Assembly: GCF_000281045.1 (NCBI RefSeq)
Contig: NW_008246092.1
Location: 208,853 to 272,852 of the forward strand
Source of the DNA: Saprolegnia diclina VS20
Taxonomy: Eukaryota
Direction of reading: 5' to 3'
DNA: 64,000 nt
Shown: piece after piece, positions 33,840-45,158 of the stretch
Layout of the letters: each line of letters begins with the position of its first letter
Numbering within the stretch: position 1 is the first letter of the stretch
Notes under the pieces: model-generated
Told to the model about the DNA's origin: nothing
Seen by the model: the letters and a program-made list of their open reading frames with translations, nothing else
The model's database searches: none
Made by a program: the position numbers and the translations under genes

Positions 33840-35801
33840 ATGGAAGACGCGATCGAGAAGGCCAAGCAGCGCTCCGAGGACGTGACGCACAAGTTCCTCC
33901 AGACCAAAGACGACGCCGCCAAGGTGCTCAAGCACTTTTTCGGCTGGGACCATGCGAAAGAGGAGAGCGCGATTGACGATACTGCACCGATCGAACTCGA
34001 TATGGTGCCCATGGAGCCGACAATGGCACTGCAAACGATGTTAATGCGCGCCGCAGCCATCGTGCAGGCGCCGCCCGTGCTCTTGCCGCAGTCGATGGCC
34101 GACATTGTGTACGAAGCAACGTTGCAGCAGCTCGGCGACTTGCAGTTTCGCGTCATCGCCATGAACGCATGCAAGAGCTACATTGAGTCGCGCCACTGCC
34201 TCGTGCGCGAGTACTGGGCCAAGCTCGCTCAGCCGCCGACGCCATCGACAATGGAGCACCACGCGCGTCTCCAGAGCACGTTCAAGATGCTCGTGCCCAT
34301 CTACCGCAACGACGTCAAGATTCTTCGACGTAATGTCAAGCAATACGAAAATGCGGCGGCGGCGGCACTTGCGCTGAAGTACAAGCGGTATCCCAACGAC
34401 CACGTATTACTGACTAGGATATCCCGACCATATATATGTATCTGCATCTCAAACAATTTGCTGTAGGCAATGGCGGTCGACGAGCACGAGCTGCGGCGCG
34501 AGGCGGCCGAAACGTCGTCGCGGCTTCTGGCCGACTTTCCCGAGACGATTTTGTCGCTAGAAGCGCTCGAGGCCCACGACGCGACGCTGCTGGAGCACCA
34601 TGTCTTTGAGCTCGAGTACATGGTCGCGCATGCGCGCATCTGTGGAGCCTATTACTTGACCAAGGCCAAGCGCCGCGCCGAGGTTGTGGCGACGCCGTTG
34701 ACCGACACGCGGTCGGCCGACGACCTTCAGATGGCGTTCACTGACGCGCTGAGTGCGTACGAAGCGAGTGCCGCGGCGCTCCAAGCGAGTCTTGCAGCCG
34801 ACGCGCACTTTCAATTGGAGCAGCAGGCGCGCGCGGCACCGACCATCTTTGTCGCGTCCGCACACTCGGCGCTCTACGGCAAACTCCAGCGCGCGGCGCG
34901 CAAGGTGCGGGCCGAGTGCCGTCTCTCCAAGACGCTCCACCAGCTCCTCTCGCTCGCCCAGGCGCACACGCAGATTACTTCGATTGTTGCCAACGACGCA
35001 GTGCACGCGGCAGTCGCGGCAGCGGTCGTCCAGGCGTCCGCCGCGCTCACTTCTGCCCACGAGACCCAAATCCAGGACGCAGTGGAGGCGCATGCGCGCG
35101 AGCTTCAAGCGCTCGAGCACCCGCAAACGAATTTGGACAAGAGCATCGATGTGGCGGACGTCAAGAGCGCGCACAAAGCTGAGTTGTTTGCGATCGTGAG
35201 CCTCACCAAAGTCGTCGCCCGGCGCAAGGCCCTCGCGCTGCGTCGGCACGCCGAAGCCGAGTTTGCACGCCTCGAGCACATGCAAGCGCAGCACGCGATC
35301 ATGCTGCAGAAGCTCGAGACCGAACTCGAGACGCGCGAATCTCTTGAACACATGCGCTTGTTGGCGCGGCTTGAGAAGCGCAAGCTGGCGCGCATGGCTT
35401 GCGGGCCGCCCTCCACGAATAGTAGCGACCCAGAACCTGCTACTCCAAGTGCCATGCTTGAGGAAGAGAAGGCCAAGATCATCGAAGAGAAGCGAAGCGA
35501 GTGGCATGAGGCCGAAGTGGCCTGTGCCAACGAAGTTCAAGCCGCCGCGGTCGAGGCGATCGCCGCCGAGGCCGTCACCTTTGGGCTTGGCACCGACACA
35601 GACGTGGTCCAGGGCCTCATTGCGCAACTCCAGGCGGTCGACTTTGGCCGCACGCCGAGCACGATCAAGCAGATCCACGCGGTCGAGAAGGTGCTTCTAA
35701 GCATGCGCGAGAGCGTCCAAAAGCCCCGGCGGAGCGGCGCCAAGAGCTCCGGTCCGTCGCACATCGTTGTGGAAAAAGCCAAGAAACCCATCTTTCGTTG
35801 A
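33840..35801 (+). CDS. Hypothetical alpha-helical/coiled-coil protein, multi-exon
   Basis: Two long plus-strand ORFs (33840-~34390, ~34468-35801) joined across intron-like AT-richer sequence. Confidence 0.7.
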
Positions 35802-35862
35802 TGCATTGAAATCGTTGCAATTCGAAAATATTCCTTCAATCTTCAATCTAAAAACTTGAATC

Positions 35863-36294
35863 TTAAGTCCAAAACAAGGCGCGGTACGACTTGGACCCAC
35901 GCTCGCGCCACACTTGTCCATAGAGCACAAAGAAAATGCCAAAGAGGATGCAAGCTCCGCCCGTAATAAGACCAAAGAGATTGCCGAGGCGATAGAGCGT
36001 AAGGAGCCCGAGACCAAAGAGGTAAAAGCCGCTGCCGCGGAAGGACGCGAGGAGCGGAAACCACGCGAGTGGCGCAGCGGTTGCGAGGAGGAGCGCCGGG
36101 ATGACGAGCAGCGAGAGGAAGAGCTGGAAGAGCGTGAGGGCCACCGATGCAGCGGACGCGGCATACCCGTAGTCGAACGTGCTGAGGATGTACCCAGTGG
36201 CCGCTGCATTCACAGTCGCCAAGAGAAGCGTCGACACTTGGTGAAAGAGGTGGAAGCCGCCGACACCGCCCACGGTGTACCACGTCATGTTCAT
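35863..36294 (-). CDS. Small 4-TM COPI-associated (Tvp15-like) membrane protein, paralog A
   Basis: Four hydrophobic segments; WFPLLASFRGSGFYLFGLGLL resembles the family FLxSFxGRGxFY motif. Confidence 0.7.
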   Translation of the reverse strand: MNMTWYTVGGVGGFHLFHQVSTLLLATVNAAATGYILSTFDYGYAASAASVALTLFQLFLSLLVIPALLLATAAPLAWFPLLASFRGSGFYLFGLGLLTLYRLGNLFGLITGGACILFGIFFVLYGQVWRERGSKSYRALFWT

Positions 36295-36703
36295 GGCGCG
36301 TGCGGATGTATCGCTGCACAGATCAAGACTGGGGACTGTTGGGCGATATCTAGAGCGGAGAAGTTCGGCACGCTCCATACGACGGCAAGAAACCGCCAAC
36401 CTCTACACGGAGATGGCCATTGACCACCCCGTCTCGCCCGCACAGATGAAATTTTCGCGCCGGCAGGAAGAATGGACCGCCGATGGCAGAATGCCTAGAC
36501 ACCGGACGCAGAGACATTGGCGAGGACGACCAGCGAATGTACCTGTTCTAGCAGTGGACAAACGCGCTTGTGCTGCGTGGAGGCCTGTGGGCCGAGATTT
36601 CGGCGGCGCGTTTTCGCTGTCTCAAAATTTCGCCAAATGCAACTCAGTTCTGGATGGTCGTCGCAGACTCGAATTATCCCGCTCGCTCGACAACAACAAC
36701 ACC

Positions 36704-37123
36704 ATGGGTGGACTCTACACGCTGCACCAGGTATGCATGACGCTTGTGGCCCTCGTCGGTGTCACGGCTGCGGTCCTCAGCTTTGTCACCACCACATTTG
36801 CCTTTGGCGAGCTCGGCGCGCTGCGCGCAACGCTTACTTCGCTCGGCGCCTTTGCCTATCTCTTTGTCCTCTCGGTGCTGTTGCTGCTCGCCGCGGCGTT
36901 TGGTGCGCTCCAGCCGCTGCTTTGGCTCGGCTGTCTCGGCAGCTTCACGGGCAGTGGGCTCTACGCCACGTACCTCGGCTTGCTCATCTACACGTTCCTC
37001 GGCGGCGCGGCGTATGGGCTTCCGATGAGCGTCTTTTGCATTGCCGTCGGCGTCCTCAGCATCGTCTTGGGCCTCGCGTGGAAAGAGCGCGATACTGCGA
37101 CCTACTACTCCCTCGTCAATTGA
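36704..37123 (+). CDS. Small 4-TM COPI-associated (Tvp15-like) membrane protein, paralog B
   Basis: MGGLYTLHQV; WLGCLGSFTGSGLYATYLGLL; ends WKERDTATYYSLVN. Confidence 0.7.
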   Translation: MGGLYTLHQVCMTLVALVGVTAAVLSFVTTTFAFGELGALRATLTSLGAFAYLFVLSVLLLLAAAFGALQPLLWLGCLGSFTGSGLYATYLGLLIYTFLGGAAYGLPMSVFCIAVGVLSIVLGLAWKERDTATYYSLVN

Positions 37124-37845
37124 GCTCATGTACTTATATATGTCGCCACATTGCACTTGATATTGCCCTTTGGTTGACGGAGGATCGACGGCAACAAAGG
37201 AAGACCTTTTGCAATAGAATTGCATGTCCGTAACTGGTCGAGAGCCACGTGCCATCTGTTCCACTACGCAGGCCTTAGAGAACATTTCGATCGGATGCAG
37301 TTTCGATCTGACGGCAGTTCAAGTCCCGCCAAACACGCAATATTGCACGCTGCGTGCCACAGCTGTGTACACGAACGACGGTCCTTTTGCAATCATGGCC
37401 GTGCGTGGATTCGAACTCGGGTGGAGCTTGTCCTTTGGGTGACAAACTTGGCTCGCAATGGCCTCTTCAACATCAACTTCAACGTGGGACCGCCTTCATC
37501 CATGTACTCTTGTACTGCAGCAACCTCTGCCCTGGAAGAGTAAACAAGACTGTAATGCGACTTGCTCCCGAACGTCAATCGGCGCCACATCATTTGCCTC
37601 GAGCGACTCGAACCATCGAGGCTTCTTGGATGCACCGAGCCGTTCGACGCGCATGGGTGCCCGACGCATGTCGCGATGCCATCAACATCGTACCGCCGTC
37701 CGGCCTACCACGCTGCTGCGACGCGACCTCTGTTGCCTGGAGGGCCTTTCTGCCAAGTAGAGTCGACCTGATGCGAAATGCTCCTCCCAACGCAACTCTT
37801 GAAACGAAAGATCGGGTTGACATGAAGGAGGGCGCAGCGCGTGTC

Positions 37846-39082
37846 TTACTTCTGCGCGTAGAGGGCCAGAATGCGGTTGACGTCGCGCTTGCAGCCGAGG
37901 AAGATGCCCGTGCGCTCGTGGATGTGCGTCTACATATGCTCATTAGCATCGGGATGGTGCAACGAGAGGAGGTAGTACCGGGTTGAGGTCGAGGACACGC
38001 GTCGTGCCGTTCGTCGAGAGACCGCCGGCCTGCTCGACGATGAACGACATCGGGATCGCTTCGTAGAGCATGCGAAGCTTGCCCGTCTTGGACTTCTTGT
38101 CGGCGGGGTAGAAGAAGACGCCACCGTAGAGGATCGTGCGGTGCACGTCCGAGACCATACTGCCGACGTAGCGGGCAGCGTACGGCTTGGGCGCGTTCTT
38201 GCACTCGTCGACAAACTGCTTGGTGGGCGCGTCCCAGAGGGCAAAGTTGCCTTCGTTGCACGAGTAGATCTACATACTTGGATCACAATCTCGACGTCGC
38301 GCAAGCGATGTATTACCGTCTTGGGGTTTTCCGGGATGCGGATGTTCTTGTGCGAGAGGATGAACGAGCCGATCGTCGGGTCGAGCGTGAAGCCGTGGAC
38401 GCCCTTGCCGTACGTGACGACCATCTGCGTCGAGCTACCGTACATGCAGTAGCCGGCGGCGACGAGCTGACGACCCGGCTGCAAAATGTCCGAGATCCTA
38501 CTCGGAACTTAGTGTCGGCGAAAGAAGGTTGTGTGCGGCGTACTGGCGGCGCGGGCCCGTGTTTTGCATGGCGTAAATCGCAAAGATGGTACCCGTCGAA
38601 ATGTTGCAGTCAATGTTGGACGACCCGTCGAGCGGGTCAAACGCAATGCCGTACTTGCCTAAACCAAGTGCCATGAGTGTCTCGATCAATACGATGTGGA
38701 TGCGACGTACAGCCCGAGACGCCTTCGACCCAGATCGGCTCTTCGTTCTCCTCCGAGACCATGACCTCAATCTTGGTCGAGTTGCGGAGCGAGTTGATAA
38801 AGATTTCGTTCGAGAGCAAGTCGAGCTTCTTGACGTCGTCACCCGTCGAGTTGGTCGAGCCATCAAGGCCATAGAGACCGGTCAGGCCTACAGGTACGTG
38901 GCAGCGTGAGCCACTCGGTTGCGTGGCATAGACGTACCGGCGCGACGCACGGCCGACGAGATGACCTTGCACGCAAGCTCGATTGAGTTGAAGAGGATGC
39001 AGAGGTCGTTGTTGGACTGGAGCTCGCCGTCGGCGAGGATGAAGCGGCTGAGCGTGATCGGGTTCGAATGGTCGACTTGCAT
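37846..39082 (-). CDS. FBP: Fructose-1,6-bisphosphatase class I, multi-exon
   Basis: [61 protein letters not shown]. Confidence 0.95.
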
Positions 39083-39656
39083 GATAGTGCTTGGGTACTT
39101 GGCTCAAAAAGGCAAACTGACCTTGTCGACGTCCTTTCCTTGGATATCCTCTATCCTTTTATCTTCAACGTCCGCGTCGGGTGCGGCCGGTACCTCTACC
39201 TTTGCATATCCTTTCATAACTAATATCTGCGACAATCCACCGCCAAGAGAGGAAGATCGGGGCTAGGGATCGGTAGTGCACCAATAAGGATGCGGCGCTG
39301 GTGTCGCCTCGACCAATCGCATGGCGGCTCGCACGCACAGTGGGCGCGCGTGACGCGGCGTGCGTCATGCGTCCTTTTTTATCTTGTCCGTTTTATGTGG
39401 GGCATTGTATGTGGCATTAAATTTTTCTTTTTTATGGGACCGAGTAGCCGCAAGTTGACGCCGACACGAGCGCCGATGTCGCCAGGATGTGCGCAGATTC
39501 GATGTGCACGGGTAGTGGGTACGTGCCCCGGGGCACATTGCTCTTATTCGGAGGGTCCGGATACGGATACAGCAGAGACTGCCGGATAATGGTTCGTGTA
39601 TCCGGTCATTCGACTGGCAGCGTATCCGGCACAGTCCCAGGTTGCAGAGCGGTGGC

Positions 39657-41548
39657 ATGGCGTCCAAGATGGAGGCGCTCCAGCGCTACATGGCAGGTAC
39701 GCGCGAACGAGCGAGGATGCAAGTCGATGATATGGACTAGGTGGGGCCAAGGAAGAGAAGAAGAAGAAGCGCAAGGCCAAGAGCTCGCATGTGGGCATGC
39801 GCGTGATCGATGACGACGACGACTGGCGCGAGCTTGCACCCAAGGGCAAGAAGACCGACTTGTGGCAGAACGAGACTGGCGATGTGGATGAAGACTTACC
39901 GATGGTCGTCGAAACGGACTACGACCCCGAGAATCAGCCCGTCGTCGCCAACGCCGAGGAGTTTTTCGAGCGCGAGCGGGCCGACGAGCTCGAGCAGCAG
40001 TGGCAAGAAGACGAAGCCAACGCCCGTCGCGCCAAGGCAGCAGAACCTGATGCGTCGCCTCCGCGCAAGTCCCGGCGATCCGACACGCCACCACGACGGG
40101 CAGTTGACGATGCCTCGCCGCCTCGTCGGGCGACTTCTGGGGACGCGTCCCCGCCTCGGCGACGAGCTCGTGACACTGACAGTGACGCCTCGCCCCCGCG
40201 TCGCTCCCGCAAAGATCAAAGCGAAGATGCATCACCACCCCGGCGCCGTCCCGCGGACCGCGGCGATGCCTCGCCCCCGCGTCGGTCCCGATTCAGCCAA
40301 GTTGCCTCGCCACGACCTCGTCAGGATGCGTCACCTCCGCGCCGGCAACGCGAAGACGCCTCGCCACCCCGTCGCACCCGACCCGCATCTTCGTTGCCGC
40401 GTGACGCTTCACCGCCTCGAGTCTCCAAGCGCGAGAGTGCGCCGTCGTCGCCGCCACCGCGAGATGCCTCGCCTCCGCGCCGCCGTTCGGATCGTCGTCG
40501 ACGAGATGAGTCCCCTTCACCTCAACGCCGGCGGTCGAGAAGCAAGCGCCGGTCCCGGTCCGCGTCGCCTCGTCGCCGACGAAGCCGTGAGCGGTCGCCG
40601 CGCCGTGATCGCCGCAGCAAAGAACGATCGTCCTCTCCTCGTCGCCACCGCCGTGACAGCCCGTCGCCACGCCGCGACCGCCGGCGTCGATCTCGCAGCC
40701 CTCGCCGATCCCGCAGCCCCCGCCGGTCACCAAGCGCTCACCAATCCCGCGCACGGTCGCCCCCACCAGCGGCGTCGCGGGCCGAGACCAACGAAGCTGC
40801 GGACGACGCCCCGACACCACCTCAGCGGTCGTCACCTGTGAAAGCGCCGGGCGGCGGCGTCTTTACGGGCAAAGAGTTCCGTCAAGAGAGCGAGCGGGCG
40901 CGCAAGCAGCAAGGCGCGCTCTTCGAGGACGAAGCGCTGATGGGCAAGCAAGCCGAGACGGTCTACCGTGACAAGCGCGGGCGCAAGCTGGATATGCTCA
41001 TGGAGATGGAGCGGCAACGCGAGATCCACGAGGGCAAGCGCAAGCGTGAGGCGCTCGAAGAATACGAGTGGGGCACAGGCAAGGTTCGGAAGGAAGAGCT
41101 CAAGAACCAGCGCGAACAGCTCGAAGAGATCAAGGCCAAGGTACGACAAACGCATATGTGCTCCCGCTCATGCGTATGTATTAGCCTTTTGCGCGCTACA
41201 AGGACGATGGCGAGCTCGATGCGGCGCTCAAGCACCGCCCACGTAACTTTGATCCGATGGAGTCGTCGCTCTTCAAGGTACACGGGACGTCCATGCCAGG
41301 GCGATGGCGCTGACTTGATCTAGGACGACGCCAAGGAGCTTTTGGAGAAGACGTCGAAAAAGTCCAAGAAGAGCAAACCGCGCTACTCGGGCCCGTCGGC
41401 GCCACCGAACCGCTTCAACATCCCGCCGGGCTACCGCTGGGACGGCGTCGTGCGCGGCAACAACTGGGAAGAGAAGGTGCTCCTGCGCCAGAACAAGAGC
41501 CAAGCCGACAAGGCCGACGCGTACCAGAACGCGACCGCCGACATGTAG
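39657..41548 (+). CDS. BUD13: Pre-mRNA splicing/RES complex factor BUD13, multi-exon
   Basis: DASPPRR repeats, ETVYRDKRGRK, WGTGKV, PPNRFNIPPGYRWDGVVRGNNWE. Confidence 0.92.
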
Positions 41549-41666
41549 TTGCAAAGTATCAACTTGACTTTCTATATATGCTTGCGCTCGTTTTGCTGCA
41601 AAGCAGTGGCGTGTTTTTAGACAAGGCATGTATCCGGATTGACCGGATACAGCATGGTAAAGTGCA

Positions 41667-42605
41667 ATGTTCCGGCAGCGGGCCAAGAAGCCGAAGCGGA
41701 CGCGAGCGCCGGTCGAGGACGATGGCAGCGACGGCAACGAGGTCTCGCTGGACGAGCTGCGTGAGCTCCGCGAAGACCAGAAGGCTCGGAAGCGCCAGAT
41801 GCTCGTGAAGGGCGTGGCGGCGACGACCGAGCCGGCGCCCACGAAGGCCAAGACCGCCGAGACCAATACGCTCGATGGGCAATTCACAGCGCAGTCGCAG
41901 ATGACGACCGCCGATCATTACGCGCAGATCATGTACGTTGTGCTAAAAGCGCAGTCGCAGCAGAAGTGATCCAACGACTAGGAACACGTACGTCGAAGAG
42001 AAACTCAAGGCCAAGTACAAGCTGGACGACGGAACGAACGCGGCGCCAGCGCTCACGGCAGAGCAAGAGCTGTACCGCATTCCCGACGAGCTCAAGAAGA
42101 AGATGAACATCCCAGACTCTGCGAGTGTACGCGTCTTGCTGGCGCGCATTCTCGTGTCATCAGGCTACGCTAGGCGCCCGAGGGTGGGATCGTGACGTGG
42201 AACACGGGCATCGCCGAGGTCGAGCTGCCAAAGAGCGTCCACGACCAGGTTGTCGAGGCGACGAAAGAGGCGCTCGAGCGTCAACAGCACAACGAAGCCA
42301 CGCTCCAAATCAGCTCGGCGCTGCCGACGAACGTCAGCGCCAACTACAAGCAGCACAAGCACGACTACATCACGGACCTCAAGAGCCAATCCAAAGGTCC
42401 ACTTTACCTACAACAAGCGGTGTTCGCATGCTCATCGTATCTGTAGAGGACCAGCGGGCCAAAGGGTTCCAGCACGGTACGACGCTGCGCAATCTTCCCC
42501 ATCCTTCTCTCATGTGGCGTGCAACTAGTGGACAAGAATGCACCGTCGGACGACCGCGTCATGCACCAATTTCGTCGAGAATTGAGCCGTCAGCGCCGTA
42601 AATAG
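41667..42605 (+). CDS. C9orf78: C9orf78/Tls1 (Hep_59) spliceosome-associated protein, multi-exon
   Basis: LDELRELREDQKARKR, YVEEKL, ELYRIPDELK, GIAEVELP, SDDRVMHQFRR. Confidence 0.8.
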
Positions 42606-43078
42606 TGTCTGAAATGAACACGCGTCTACAACCACCGTACATCGCTGCCCATCCCATTCCCCGATCAAAGTGTCCACAATAGCACTGCACCCAAGTCCAA
42701 GACTGCATGTCGGCAGCTTTGCCATCCACTTGGCGTCAAGACCAAGGACAACCGTCGTCACCACATGGGCAGCGGCTATTCATGCTACAAATACAGGCGC
42801 CACGGTCAAGATCGCGAGGGACACACAGGCGCACCTGCTGGATTCCTTCGGCGGCTACTTGCCGCAAATAATTTCTGCGTTCACCGGATACGAGTCTTGT
42901 ATCCGGATGCGGCGGCGCGCCATACAAACCGCAAGACGTGGCGTTTCCAGCCAGTGAAACTGCTGCCCGTCGGTGCGATTATCCGGACGACGAGGCGCCG
43001 GATACGGGCCACTGGATTTCTTAGCGCGGTATACAAACGCCAAGTGTGACCGGCTGAGATGCATCTTCTATGGGATCA

Positions 43079-43092
43079 TCATTTTCGATTTC
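43079..43092 (+). promoter_or_regulatory. Putative oomycete Inr/FPR core promoter element
   Basis: TCATTTTCGATTTC fits TCATTYBNNNWTTY exactly, about 60 nt upstream of the carrier ATG. Confidence 0.55.
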
Positions 43093-43153
43093 TTGGCGTC
43101 ACGCACGGTAAATGGTCCCGACGATGGCGGCCAATGACTAATATAGATCGTAG

Positions 43154-44098
43154 ATGACAGTTGCAACAGCCTCGATGGTCCAGCAAGTGAAGCCCACGAC
43201 GTCCATGGCCGTGAAGGCGCAGCCCTACATCTGCGGCGGGTCCGCGGCCGTCGTTGCCGCGATCGCGATCCACCCGATCGATCTCGTCAAGGTGCATTTG
43301 CAGCTCGCAGGCCAAACGGGCTCGAACGCGACGGCCGCCAGCGTCGCCAAGTCGGTGATTGCGAAAGAAGGCGTCAAGGGCCTGTACGCTGGCCTCTCGG
43401 CTGCCGTCGTGCGCCAGATGGTGTACGGCACGGCGCGCCTCGGCATGCACCGCGCGATCTCGGACTCGATCCAGACCGCCCGCGTCGAGAAGGGCGCGAC
43501 CGACGGCCTCCCGCTGTGGATGAAGAGCGCGATCGCCATGGGTACGGGCGCCGTGGCTGCGACGCTGGGCTGTCCCATGGACGTCTCGCTCGTGCGTATG
43601 CAGGCCGATACGCTGGCGGCGCCGGCCGACAAGCGCGGCTACAAGAACGTGTTTGACGCGATCTTCCGCATCGCCAAGGCCGAAGGCGTCCCGACGCTCT
43701 GGCGCGGCAGTGTGCCCCTCATTGCACGCGGCGCGGCCATGAACTTTGGCATGATGGCGTCGTACGACCAGGCCAAGGAAGTGCTCGGCAGCTACTACGG
43801 CCAAGGCTTTGTGACCAACGTCGGCGCCAGCGCGGTCTCGGGCTTTGCGTGTGCGTTCACGTCGCTCCCGTTCGACCTTGTCAAGTCGCGCCTCATGAAC
43901 ATGAAGGTCAACAGCGCCGGCCAGTACCCGTACGCAGGCGTCGGCGACTGCTTTGCGCAAATCGCGCGCAAGGAAGGTGTCGGGAAGCTCTGGCGCGGCT
44001 ACTGGACGTACTATGGCCGGTGCGCGCCGAACGCGATGATTGTGCTGCTCGTCATCGAGCAGATCAACGCAGTCTACAAGAAGACGTTCTTGTCCTAG
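43154..44098 (+). CDS. Mitochondrial carrier, 2-oxoglutarate/malate (DTC/SLC25A11-like), intronless
   Basis: Three PxDxxKxR-type signatures (PIDLVKVH, PMDVSLVRMQAD, PFDLVKSR), RQMVYGTARLG, SYDQAKE. Confidence 0.92.
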   Translation: MTVATASMVQQVKPTTSMAVKAQPYICGGSAAVVAAIAIHPIDLVKVHLQLAGQTGSNATAASVAKSVIAKEGVKGLYAGLSAAVVRQMVYGTARLGMHRAISDSIQTARVEKGATDGLPLWMKSAIAMGTGAVAATLGCPMDVSLVRMQADTLAAPADKRGYKNVFDAIFRIAKAEGVPTLWRGSVPLIARGAAMNFGMMASYDQAKEVLGSYYGQGFVTNVGASAVSGFACAFTSLPFDLVKSRLMNMKVNSAGQYPYAGVGDCFAQIARKEGVGKLWRGYWTYYGRCAPNAMIVLLVIEQINAVYKKTFLS

Positions 44099-44194
44099 AT
44101 ATTATCCCCTATTAGTTTTTAGTTCGATTTCTCTAATGCTACACATTCCATGTCAACACATACAACATGTCGGTCTATTCGAGGCAAAATGTAG

Positions 44195-44725
44195 CTACAG
44201 ATGGCTACTTGGTTTGGACCTCGAAATGGGCGTCGGCGATGAGGGCCTATGGTGAGAGAGAGACGACGATGATGACGGAGCTGGTAGGATGGCGAGCGCG
44301 GCAGCAAGTACCTGGCCTTCCGATGTGGCGAGGTACTCGCGCGAGACGGCAATGTCCGACTGAATCGCTTCGATGAGCGCATCGAGCGACGAGAACGGCA
44401 GCTCGGGCCGAATGTAGGCGCCGAGAAGCAAGTCGATTTTGGCACCATAAAAGTCGGACGTAAACTCGTGCAGCAAGTGCGGCTCGATGGTCTTCTCGGT
44501 GTTCTGGAACGTCGGGTTCCAGCCGACGCTGGCGACCGCCATGTACGGCCCGGCGCCGTCGACCGTCGCCCAGCCGCAGTAGATGCCCGTCGGCGTGTCG
44601 TGGAGCGCGTCGCCGAGGTCCTTCGGGCACATGTTGGCGGTCGGACACCCGAGCTGCTTGCCGCCGCGGCCAAAGCCCGTGACGACGGTCGCCGAGAGGC
44701 GGATGGCAGGCACGGACTTGACCAT
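44195..44725 (-). CDS. RFK: Riboflavin kinase (monofunctional)
   Basis: GFGRGGKQLGCPTAN, SVGWNPTF, IEPHLLH, FYG, YIRPE. Confidence 0.93.
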   Translation of the reverse strand: MVKSVPAIRLSATVVTGFGRGGKQLGCPTANMCPKDLGDALHDTPTGIYCGWATVDGAGPYMAVASVGWNPTFQNTEKTIEPHLLHEFTSDFYGAKIDLLLGAYIRPELPFSSLDALIEAIQSDIAVSREYLATSEGQVLAAALAILPAPSSSSSLSHHRPSSPTPISRSKPSSHL

Positions 44726-45158
44726 GCTGCTGCTGCACTTCGTTTTCGGAAATAAGCAACGTCATCCGGATGATGTGGTCGGATACGGCGATCGCCGACT
44801 TCGGAAGGAAACCAAAATATGACGTCGCGCGTCGGACGAAGGATGGAAGGAGCTTCCTCCTTCAGCAGCAGCGTCGACCTGGACGCCTCCAGAAGCTACC
44901 ACGGACACATATAATTGACAACCAAATTGATAGTGAATACCATCTCGACGCTCCAAGGGCCAATAAGAATTCTTTATATTCACGTTGGGCCGCTCCGTGA
45001 CGTGGCACGCTCTCGTGACGACACGCTGGGCTTGATATTCGTAAGAGGAGCTCGTTACATGCGATGGGTGGCAGGATCAGCGCAGGAGCAGGAGCCGTTA
45101 TCCGGTTCCGAGATAGCTCGCCCGTTGAGGGAGTTTTGCGACATCGAAGATCGCCGTC

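Noticed and set aside
37290..37430. B-box-like GTTCAAGTC and (minus strand) GTTCGAATCC suggesting a tRNA or SINE
   Set aside because: Flanking bases do not form a T-stem or acceptor stem; no cloverleaf could be built.
40045..40720. Recurrent gacgcctcgcc-like repeats as a CRISPR-like array
   Set aside because: They encode the DASPPRR peptide repeats typical of BUD13; degenerate at third positions, eukaryotic context, no cas genes.
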